Origin: Octopus vulgaris | Taxonomy: Eukaryota | Direction of reading: 5' to 3' | DNA: 64,000 bases | Assembly (NCBI GenBank): GCA_951406725.2 | Contig: OX597824.1 | Coordinates: 40,548,001-40,612,000 of the forward strand | Part shown: piece by piece, positions 37,001 through 49,200 of the stretch | How the letters are laid out: the number at the start of each line of letters is the position of its first letter | Position numbering within the stretch: the first letter of the stretch is position 1 | Made by a program: the position numbers and the translations under genes | The notes under the pieces: model-generated | What the model was told of the DNA's origin: nothing | Seen by the model: only the letters and a program-made list of their open reading frames with translations | Databases searched by the model: none

Positions 37001-40000
37001 ACATCATCATCATCATCATTATTATCATTATTGTTTTAACATCCACTTTTACATGCTTGCATGGGTCAGAGCCAGATTTTCCTGTTGCTAACCCTCACTT
37101 GTTTCCAAGCCAGGTAGTATTTTCCCCTGGCTGGATATGTTTACATGGAAGGGTGGAAATAAATGATACCACTTGTATGACATAGACTCTTGCTTACAAT
37201 TCTGATATGATGTAAAAATGAGGAAGCACAAACACATGTACACACATATATGTCACACTCACACATATGCACACATCTAGGAAAGGCTTCTTTCAGTTTC
37301 CATTTACCAAATCCGCTCATAAGGCTTTGGTCAACCTGAGGTGACAGCAGAAGTCACTTACCTAGGATGCCTTGCAGTTGGACAGAACCCAATGCCACAT
37401 GGGTTGGGAAGCAAACTAATATGTGTAAAAAATGTGCCACTATGATACAAATGGTGGCCTTCATTTGCAGTCATCTGTGAAAATGTCCAGCCATGGGGAA
37501 ATAATACCTTCCTTGGAAGCAGGTAAGGGTTGGTGACAGGAAAGGCATCTGATAAAAGGAAAATCTGTCTCAACAAATCCCATCTGACCCATGTAAACAT
37601 GGACAAGCATCATAAGTATCATAATTTTAAGGGAGTGTCATTTTGTTTAAATTCTAATCTAATAGGCGCAGGAGTGGCTGTGTGGTAAGTAGCCTGCTTA
37701 CCAACCACATGGTTCTGCGTTCAGTCCCATTGCATGGCTCCTTGGACAAGTGTCTTCTACTACAGCCTTGGGCTGACTAAAGCCTTGTGAGTGGATTTGG
37801 TAGACGGAAACTGAAAGAAGCCCGTCGTATATATGTATATGTATGTGTGTGTGTCCGTGTTTGTCCCCCCAACATCACTTGACAACCAATGGTGGTAAAT
37901 GTTTGTGTGTCCGTGTTTGTCCCCTCAACATAGCTTGACAACCGATGCTGGTGTGTTTACGTCCCCATAACTTAGTGGTTCGGCAAAAGAGACTGATAGA
38001 ATAAGTACTAGGCTTACAATGAATAAGTCCTGGGGTCAATTTCTTCGACTAAAGGCAGTGCTCCAGCATGGCCACAGTCAAATGACTGAAACTAATAAAA
38101 AAGTAAAAGAGTAATACCACACTAATTCAGGAGAAAGCAACAGTGCTCATAACCATTGTGCCATTAATTTTGCTCTGTTTAAATTGTTACAGGTCAAAAC
38201 CTGCAGGAAAGACATGAATGGGGAGGTGATTCCAAAGGATTGATAATATTAGGGAGTAAGAATTGGACTTAGGTGTTGGTACAGGGCCAGAAAAATTAGA
38301 TGCAACAAGAGAGATGAAGGGGTCAGAGGTGCCTGAGTGGTGAAGGAATGAGACCAACCAGTTCCAAGAAGCAGAAGCAATATAGTAGCAATAGAAAAGA
38401 CAGAAAGAGGAGACAGCATGTCCATTAAGGATTGAATTCCAATCTGTTAAGTGGACCTTGTCTGGACACTGTCCAAGATGTGTGTGCATGCATGCGTATA
38501 GTACCTGCAACATCCAGAGGTCAAAGCCCCATTTCAGGCCTTATTTGAATTTTATAGGATGTTGGGGACTGAAATAGTTTTGTCCCTAAAGAGAAGGACC
38601 AGTTTATGGAATGTTTTTCTTAGCTATGGTAATTAAGTGTTTTTACCTAGAGAAATCCTTGGTGACATTTAAAGTGACTATGAGGGTTCTAGCTGAGTGT
38701 TGTACATGTTTACAGGAGTTATGATACAGTGGTGTTTTCTTGATATGAATAGTCCTTGAAACACATAGCATATTACAGTTGGGTCTTTGACTTCAGTGGA
38801 ACCCAATCATTGATATACTCTTTACTCTTTTACTTGTTTCAGTCATTTGACTGCGGCCATGCTAGAGCACCACCTTTTAAGTCAAGCAAATCAACCCCAG
38901 GACTTATTCTTTGGAAGCCTAGTACTTATTCTATCAGTCTCTTTTGCCAAACCGCTAAGTTACGGGGACGTAAACACACCAGCATCGTTTGTCAAGTGAT
39001 GTTAGGAGGACAAATACATACATATATACGACAGGCTTTTTTCAGTTTCCGTCTACCAAATCCACTCACAAGGCTCTGGTTGGCCCGAGGCTATAGTAGA
39101 AGACACTTGCCCAAGGTACCATGCAGTGGGAATGAACCTGGAACCATGTGGTTGGTAAGCAAGCTACTTACCACACAGCCACAAGCTTCTGGGCAGAATC
39201 ACAATCAAGTTTTGGGAGGTATAATTTTTAACAACTAGCAGCTGCTGTTATGCTCTACACACATTACCTGGTAAAATGTTGTAACGTATTGTGTATGAGA
39301 TAAAAAGGATTAACTGACATGCATCAACCTGCTCACCTTTCACATGGAGAATTAAAATCTTTCAGGTCAATAGTAGTAGTAGTTTATAATCGTATTACTT
39401 GTTTAACCCAATTCTTTTTTTCTTCTTTTTTCATTCAGAACCTTTTTCACTTAGGCAACCATTTTACTCAAGCCCCTTCTCAAAATGATTATGTAGTAAA
39501 AATGTCAGAGTATCAGAGGAACTTTTGCAGCCCGCAATCTGAGAAAAATGTCTGCTCTACTGCATCTACAGTAGAAAATGAATATTCCTCTGTGAAAAAA
39601 ATAAAACATCCACGTAGAAGCAAGTCAGTGAGTTCTAAGAGAACTGAAAGGATAGGTGCATTGGCAAAATCAGAGTCAACTGAAGATGTATGCCCCAGCA
39701 AAAAGACATCCTCACAACCTGTTAAGAATAAAGAAAAAGACATAAAAAAAAAGACATCCTCACGACCTGTTAAGACTACAGAAAGTTTGTCAACAAAATT
39801 AGAAACCAGTGGACCAACATCATCAAGAAGAACTGAAGACAGTGACAAAACTGAGCCAAAACATAAGGTTGGTTGCTTAATCTAGCTACTTTTCAATTTT
39901 ACTCCGGAAAAACTTCCTCATCTCCTTCCTCCTTGTACCAGATAACATGAATAAAATATTATCTCTGGCTAAATATTGCAGTTAATTTGGCATTCTGTAT

Positions 40001-40402
40001 CTGCTTTAAGTATGATATGCAGTTTGATATTTGAAACTAATACTGCTTCTGATGCACATAACAAATTTTTATTCAGCTGCTTGGCTAAATGCAACATCAG
40101 TGATTTTTCAGCTACTGTCTTCCTATATTGGTGATGATGGATTTTGTCTGCATGCAGTTGCCAGTGAGCACTTGCTACTGACAAAGCTAAAAGTGGCAGA
40201 AATGTGCATCTACCAATACCACCACTGCAGCCTGATAATTTTCACTTGGTACTGATTTATTTTAGTGTTATTTAACAGTGTATATTTATAAGAGATCAAC
40301 ATCTCTTATAAATATACACTGTTAAATAAATTTGTCTCAGGACAAATACTGCAGTTAATTTGGCTTTCTGTGATGTATCTACACATTAATTATGATACAC
40401 AG

Positions 40403-40434
<32 letters not shown>

Positions 40435-42980
40435 CATCATCATCATCATTTAATGTCCATTTTCCATGCTAGCATGGGCTGGACGGTTCGACCAGAGTCT
40501 AGGAAGCCAGGAGGCTGCGCCAGGCTCCAGTCTGATTTGGCAGTGTTTCTACTGCTGGATGCCCTTCCTAACGCCAACCACTCTGTGAGTATGCACAATA
40601 GGCTTCTTTCTATTTCCATCTACAAACCTACTCACATGGCTTCAGTTGGCCTGAGGTTATAAGCAGAAAACATTTTCTCAAGGTACCATGCATTGGGACT
40701 GAACCCAAAACCACATGGCTGGGAAGCAAATTTCTTAACCACCCAACTATGCCTGTCATAATGTAATACTACTATAGTTTTAATATAACATGATATATTA
40801 TGAAGTATCAAATCATAATTAAGAAATTTAATATATACTCTAAATGTATTAGATTTGGCAGTGTTTCTACTGCTGGATGCCCTTCCTAACGCCAACCACT
40901 CTGTGAGTATGCACAATGCCTGTCATAATGTAATACTACTATAGTTTTAATATAACATGATATATTATGAAGTATCAAATCATAATTAAGAAATTTAATA
41001 TATACTCTAAATGTATTAGACAGTGCTACATGTCGTAGAAGAAGGATAATCTTGAACAATGAGCCCATAAAACAGTTTCAATTCCTAATTGAAACACTTT
41101 TACTTTGATACGGCTACTAATACTCTTGGAAAAGGCATAGACATTACATTGTTGTGCCTTATAAATGAAATATATATATTAAATAACATTACACTATGAT
41201 AGTATCATATTACAAGGTGACGAGTAGGCACAATTTTTATCACACTGTGAAAAATGCTTCGCAGCATTTCTTCTGACTTTACATTCTGTGTTCGAATACT
41301 GCCAAGGTCAGCTTTGCCTTTCGTCCTTTCGAGGTTGATAAAATAAGTACCAGTTGAGCACTGGGGTTGATGTAATTGATTTATGCCCCACTGAAATTGC
41401 TAGCCTTGTGCCAAAATTTGAAGTCACTATGATCATGTCACGTGATTCTTTTCTTTTGTTTGTTACAAGTGAAAATGTATTTTTTATCTTTACAGATGAA
41501 AAGAGCCAAAAGTCTTGAATGTAAGAAATTTCTTTCTTAATTGAATATTCAATTAATTATAGTTGTGTTTTTTTTATTTTTTATTTATCAAATTCTATCA
41601 AAGAATATCTAAGTTAGATAACTACTTTTTCTATTTTATTCCCCTAATTTGTACCCTATTTCTTTTTTCTAAGCATTTATTCCCTTTTGTGGAGAGTCCA
41701 TTTGTGTGCTTTGATATATCTAAGATGTTCTAATTGACACAATGTTAGGGACCTATCATCATTATCCAGATCCTGAAAGAGCCAATTTCACGACACAAGG
41801 AAGTCATTGATGTAAGGTGGCATTTGAACTTAGAATGCAAAGTACCAGAACAGATGCTACAAGGTATCTTGTTGGATGTTCTAATGACCTCGTTGTTCCA
41901 TCATACTGAAATGGTATCCTATTTATTGACCCTCAAAAGCAGTGGTTCTCAACCATTTTTTGTCTATGGAACCCTTTGGTTACTATTTTATTCTGGTGGA
42001 CCTCCATAGCCGTTCGATGTTTAGAAGCTAGTTTTATAGATACTTCTTTCAAAATTCCTATTTATTTTTATCACACATTCTTTTGTGTACACTGAACTAT
42101 GTAAAACATCAAAGAAAGAAACGCAGCAGTTTCTTGTAAGAAGGTAGCTTTATGCTTGGGGATAAGAGGTTAAAGTAGGAAAGTAGGAACCAGAATAGAA
42201 GAGATTTTTTGTTGGAGAGGAGTTATATATTTAATCACATTATAAAAGAGAGGATGTACCAAAATAAGAAATCATTAGGATTATCCAAATGTGGATATTT
42301 GACTGTTTAAATATCCTCACGTGTGTTCTTGACAATTTTATTTTACAGCTGTTACTTCACATCCTGAACTGAAGAATGATAAAAGTCCCCCTGTGTGAGT
42401 AAAATGTCATTTGATTTTTTTTCTAAAAACTATTTAATGACTTTATTCGTTAACCCTTTAACATTCAAACCAGCCATATCCAGCCAAAATAATCCAACTA
42501 TTTCATGTTCAAACTGGCCACTCTTCCCCTATAATGTTATTCTAAAAATAAACAATCATATCATTGAAATCTCAAAGCTACAAAATAATGCATGACTAAT
42601 TCATATCAATGTGAATAAAAAAGCATTACACTTGACAGAGAAACCTGAATGCTAAAGGGTTATTTAATACAATTGTATTTTTGAAGAGTTTGTGCTCTTT
42701 GCTAATAAACAGTTTCATTTGATCAAAATCTGGTGTTATACCAAAGGAATCAGTTTTGTTTTCTTTTGATTTGAGATATTCATATTTATGTAACATGGAG
42801 AATTTGAAAAAAAACATGATTATTGTCCTTGGTTTTATTTGATCACTGGTTTCTCAAATTCCACTTTTTCTCTTGGTTTATTTTCATATGGAAGTAATTT
42901 TTGTCCACACTTGAATTTATTTTTCATTTAAAATGAAATACTAAATATGAAAAAATTTACACACGCTTTAAATACAATCC

Positions 42981-43025
<45 letters not shown>

Positions 43026-46000
43026 GATTTCTTTTAGAGCTTTAATGTCTGAATACCAGAAAAACTTCAATTCGCCCTCATCATTTTCTTATGTTAAAAA
43101 TGCCTGGATAAATAAGGAACCAGAGGTAAAGTAACCTTCTCTACTGTTAAATACTGTTGGTGTATTTAATTTCTCTTGTATTATGTAAGATCATAACTTT
43201 AGTATAAAAAACGGAATAAAACTATTTTCGTTTTAATGTCAAATTTGCAATACTTATTCCTTAACAAGATAATTAGATAAATTATTCTAATTAACCATTA
43301 ACAATTACTATATCATCCATTAATACTGGTTTCAATTTTTGGCACAAGGCCAGCAATTTCAGAGGAGTGTGTAAATCGATTATATCAACCCCAGTACTCA
43401 ATTGGTACTTATTTTATTGATCCTGAAAGGGTGAAAGTCAAAATTGACCTCAGTGGAATTTGAACTCAAAACATGAGGATAGATGAAATGCCTAGTGGCA
43501 TTTTGCCTAGCATGCTAATGATTCTACCAGCTCACCATCTTATATCATCTATTAATATTAACAATTTGAGTAATTTTGAAAGTATACTTTTGTCATCATA
43601 AGTAATTTGATAAAAGTTAAATTACAATTATTTTATGTGTGCTATATTTCCTGATATTAGCCATGATGGCAAAAGTATATTAATATTATTGTAGCAATTG
43701 TGGTGTTATATTCACTTTGAACAGTTTGTTGTTGTTTACTCCCTCTTTTCCTCCTACTCCCCTGTCTCTATGATTCTTTCTCTGAGTATGTGTTGCCTTC
43801 CTTTAGCCATTGCCTGCCACCAAGCCTAGTATGTTCACTCATCATACACCTCTTATGTTAACTCACTCTGTATCTCTTTTATTCTCTCTCTCTCTCCCCA
43901 TGTCTATACAATGTAAAGAATGACTGGAAACAACCAATGTAAAGTGTGACCAACTAACATCTATATTGGCCATTATTAATAATGGAGATACATATGTAAT
44001 ATGCATATCTTCATCATCTTCCTCCCCATTTAACATCATTTTTTTTTTCTATACTGGCATGGGTTGGACAGTTTGAGACAGAAACCACTGAGTCAGAAGG
44101 CTGTGACGAGCCCCAAATTCCAATGTCTGCTTTGGCGTGAACATGCACCGCCAGCCCTCAGTCAAAATCGTCCAACCCATGCTAGTATGGAAAGCAGATG
44201 TTAAATGATGATGATGATGGATCTATATATATATATATATATATATAAGAAAATAAGAAAATAGAGAACAATAGGTGGTTCATCAACTTTTAGACATTAT
44301 ATTATGTTAACTTACTTATTTATTTATATACTAAACTGATAATTACAATAATGTACATACATATAACATATTATTCTTTACATATATAAGATAGAAAATA
44401 TAGTAATATATAAGGATACCAGTAATTATTATAAAAAACATGAATATAAATTGGGAAAATAACTTACAGCTGTTTCAGCCAATAGATAAAAATACCTCAT
44501 TCTACCTTTATTACTCAAGTGGATTGAAATAATAGGTAGATGAACATGAAGTACTTGTATATATCTCTAGGCATCGTCAGAGATTATAAAGTACATAATG
44601 TTAAGTTATAAGAAAAAAGAGATGACAAAGGAATAAATGCTCATCCTATGAACTTCATTAGCTTACAACTGTTTCTGCTATAAGATGCTGTGGACTCATA
44701 GTTGAGTGTCTGAGTAATTCCTTATCACTTCATGTTTGAGGCTCTGATGAAGCTATAAGTTGTTACTCAGGCACATTGCTATGAGTCCACAACATCTTAT
44801 ACGGGAAGAACTGTTTGGTACTTAAGTTCATAAGATAATCATTTATTCCTTTCTCATCTCTTTTTTTTTTACTACTGCTCTATGCTTGACTAATGCTTTA
44901 TTCGGAAGCTTATGTATATTGAGTACTACACCATGTTATTAGTATCGCAGTGCCTAAGCCAAATATCTATACATATGTTTTGAGTGTATCATCTGTCACA
45001 AGAAACTGTTTCTTCCATCTTAATAAGGTACCAACTGAAGATATATCATATGAAGACTGGTACAAGCAGGTGCTAGAATTACGTGAAAAGGCGGCACAAT
45101 ACCGGCAGAGAGCGTTGGACTCTCACTTTTGTTCAAAACATATGGTACAGCTGATATCAAAGGAAACAGAAAAATGGGAAAATTGTAGAAAATTGTCAAA
45201 TACAACAATTGATCCTTCTCAGATGAAACCAGCAGGAATAACTTATTATCCGTAAGTGATTTGTTTTATGATATCCCTTTTTTATTACATCATCATACAG
45301 ATATCTGTATTTATCAAATCATCATACCAATATCCCTGTTAATCATATCCTCATATAGATATCACTATTTATCACATTTTCATTGTTATTTGAACACCCA
45401 CTTTTCCATGCTTGCATGGTTCAGACAAAACATGTTGCAGCAGTTTTTCTACCTCTGGATGCTCTTCCTATCTCCAACCATCACCTGTTATTAAGCTATA
45501 TAATATTGCCTTTAGTCCTTTTGAACAACAAAAGCTCAATAGGTGGACAACCAGTATGCAAATGTCAACACTAAGCAAAGACACAAACACACATATGCAC
45601 ATACTTATACTCACACACTTATACATCCATACATACTTACCATCATCATCATCATCATCAATGTTTAACATCCATTTTTCCATGCTTGAATGGGCCAGAC
45701 AGAATTTGTTGAAGCAGATTTTCTATAGTGGATGACCTTCTCTTGCCAACCCTTACTTTTTTCCCTGCTAGGTAATATTTTACCTTAGAAGTCAGGAAAT
45801 GAGCAGCATTGCTTGCATGATAGAGATGCTCATTTTCAATCATCACTTGATGTCAAGACAAGGATAAACACAAACAAACTTTGCACACACACTGGGCTTC
45901 TTTCAGTTTCTGTCAACCAAATCCACTCATAATAAACCTTACAGTTTCTGACTTCCATTTCACTCCCAGAGTATTGGTTAGCCTTGGGCAGTAATAGAAG

Positions 46001-49000
46001 ACATTTGCCCAAGATGTGATACAGTTATTATGAACCTGAAACCACATGCTTGCAAAGCAAACATGTTAATCAAACCACTAGACCTACACATCTATTACAG
46101 ATTCTATTTTCTGCCTTTATATTTCTCTTTTCTATTCTGCTCTGTGTCTTAACAATGAAAATAACTCAACCTGTACAATAGTCTCCAGTTATTTTAATTC
46201 TGTTACAAGTCAGTCTGTGTCTGTTTCCTCTGCTGTTGCTACTATGAAGTAAGTTAGCTAATGAAGAAGGTTCTTTTAATTTAATCAATGTATAATACAA
46301 AGACGTGTAAAAGAGGAGACAGAGATCAGCAATAAGTTGAGTAAAGAAAGATAGCAATAGTAGCCAAAAGTGCATGCATAGCATGCAAAAGAAAGTGCAA
46401 AGAGACAGAAAAGTGAACAGTTATAGATTCATAAAGAGAAAAGTGTATAGAAGTACATCAAAAATTGTGTTAGCAAATTTCAGGAAACATGAAATTTTTG
46501 AAGAATGCTGTGTCTTGTCAGCTGACAACTGATATAGGTAGTTTATTCCATTCTTTGACAATTCTGAAAGCAAGGAAATGTTTCTGAAAGTCATGAATGC
46601 TAAAATAATTTTTGATTTTGTAAGCATGTCTAAGAGAGGTAGAGGTATTGAATTTTAAAAAATGGGTAAAGAGTTGTTGGAAGGATGGTGGATAATTCTA
46701 TGGGCTTCTACCAAGACAACTGCCAGGCATCAAAACTTTAGTGTATCAATGCCCAGAGAAGCAATATGTTCAAGATATGGTGACTGTTGGAGGATATTCA
46801 TTTGGTTGCACACCTCTGGATTGATATTCTGAAGAAGATGGGGGTTCTAGACTGGAGATGCAAACTGTGAGTGTGGACATGCCATAGCCATATACAGCCT
46901 TAAACAGGTAGTTAGTGACTGGCTAACAAAGGTCATACTGAGTATTAGACTTTGATGGGCTTTAGAATAGTATATTATGAAAATTGACAAGAAGAGTAAG
47001 TTCTAAAGTGAAGCAGGTTTTGCAAGAAATCATTATACTTTTTCTGTTAAATGTATCAGAGGAGTAGATTCATGGCAATAAAGGAAAAAATAGAGATTGG
47101 TCTAATGGAACACTGGGATTAGTGTAGAATCATAGATTTGGGGAAGCATAAAGAAACTTTAGTAATTAATAAAAAGATTGAGTCACAGAGCTTAAATTCA
47201 TGAATAAGCCGAAACAGGCTTATTGTCTTAGATATGAGTTCCTGAAAAAGAACAATATAAATTAATATTCTTTAGTATTATTTTGTGACAACTTCATGTT
47301 CTTATACCAGTTATTCTGTTCTTCCAGGCCAGAAATGTTTTCTTTTAAAAACAAAAATAAATTCAGAGGTTTATCACCAAGTGCCAATAAAGAATGTAAA
47401 ATTGTGTTAGAAGAGGTTGAAGAAGCATTAGTTCCTGGTAACAAGCATTCTAAATTGGTGAAAGATGATGACGATAATCACCAGGATATAAAAGATCAAG
47501 AATATGACAATGATGCTGGGAAAACTGAGACACTAACAATCAGCATAGAGGAGGAACAGAATTTAGATGGAAATGAAAATGAAAACCCAGTAACTGATAA
47601 GGAAGAAACTGCTGATATACGTGTGGTAGAATCAATCACTGAAATGATGAATAAAAATGGTTCAAGTTGTCCAAATGGAACAAAGAGAAGAATTATGAAG
47701 ACAAATCATTTACAGTTACCCAAAGGAAATAACTCTGAATTATCAATTGAATACCAACCTTCGCCTACAACGCCAGTCAGTGATAATAAATTGAGTGATC
47801 AGATTCAACAAATAGATGAAGATCTGATCACAGAATCTAAATATTTTAATAAAACTAAATCAGATCCATCAAAAACTGAAAACAAAACTGAAAATGATAA
47901 GTGCCATATTGATGCTGATGATGAGTGTAAGTATCGTTTAATAAATTCTTCTTATATAGACAATTGCTGTTAATTAATGTGTTGGAATTTATACATTCTA
48001 GTATCTTTCAACTTTTCTTTTTATCATTCCAGTTTATCATCTAGATTTGGCTTCCAAGGTATCAGAAAATTATCGAAAACCAAAGCAAGTTTTTAAAGTA
48101 AGTTAATATTACAAGGATTTTTAATATTTGAATTTAATATATTTAAGAGGTGTTGAACAGCAGAAATGGAAGAACAATACATTAAACCCCTTGTAGTATT
48201 TACTCTCTTTTCTTTATGTTCTGAGTTCAAATCCTTCCTAGTTTTGCATTGTCTTTAATCCCTCTAGGACTCAGTACAGTAAAGTACCAGTTGATATATT
48301 GGTGTTTACCCACATAGAGAATGTGTGGAATCTGTTTATGCTATAAATTAATATTTAGGCATGGCTTTGTGGTAAGAAGCTTGCCTCCCAACCACATAGT
48401 TCTGGGTTCAGTCCCACAGTGTGGTTCCTTGGGCAAGTGTCTTATACTAGAGCCTCAGGCTGACCAAAGCCTTGTGAATGGATTTGGTAGATGGAAACTG
48501 AAAAGAACTCTGTCATATATATGTGCATGTGTGTCTTTGTGTTTGTTCCACACAACTGCTTGACAACTAGTGTTGGTGTGGTTACACCTCTGTAACTTAG
48601 CAGTTTGGCAAAAGAGACTGATAGAATGAGTACCAAGCTTAACAAAAAATAAGTACTGGGGTTGATTCATTCTACTAAAAAAATTCTTCAAGGCTGTGCC
48701 CCAGCATGGCTGTAGTCTAATGACTGAAGCAAATGAAAGACAAATACTTGCTGAACCCTGTAGATAAAAATTAAGTTCCTAAACAGCTGTTTAGGTAATG
48801 TAATTTAGATCCAGTAGAAAGCATTTCTCTTTCCTGATATTGCTGTAGAAGGAGGTGGGGCATCTTTTATGCTGTTTCACAAGAAACCAATACATTTCTT
48901 CTTTTTCTATAAAAACCAATTTCAACACATTTCATTGGTAATTAAGGCAAACATTTTGGGTGACAGACTTAAACTATCACATGAGTGCCCTTAGAGGAGT

Positions 49001-49094
49001 TCAAACATTGAGGCCAGGTCATACCTTCCTTCCACCAGTTTCAGAGTGTCTGAAAAGAGTTATGGGTACTACCTTTTCTTATAAATGATATTTT

Positions 49095-49152
<58 letters not shown>

Positions 49153-49157
49153 CATGT

Positions 49158-49200
<43 letters not shown>

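Noticed and set aside
38756-39238. 160-aa ORF and similar ORFs (28234, 36052, 48321, 56857)
   Set aside because: Read-through of SINE copies; no splice or homology support.
43257-43276. U12-like branch site TTCCTTAAC followed by AG in MDM1 intron 14
   Set aside because: No matching GTATCCTT donor at any upstream exon and no plausible exon after it; likely chance in AT-rich DNA.
46380-47230. Possible nested antisense gene in MDM1 intron 15
   Set aside because: Frames are broken by stops; looks like an old retroelement remnant that I cannot classify.
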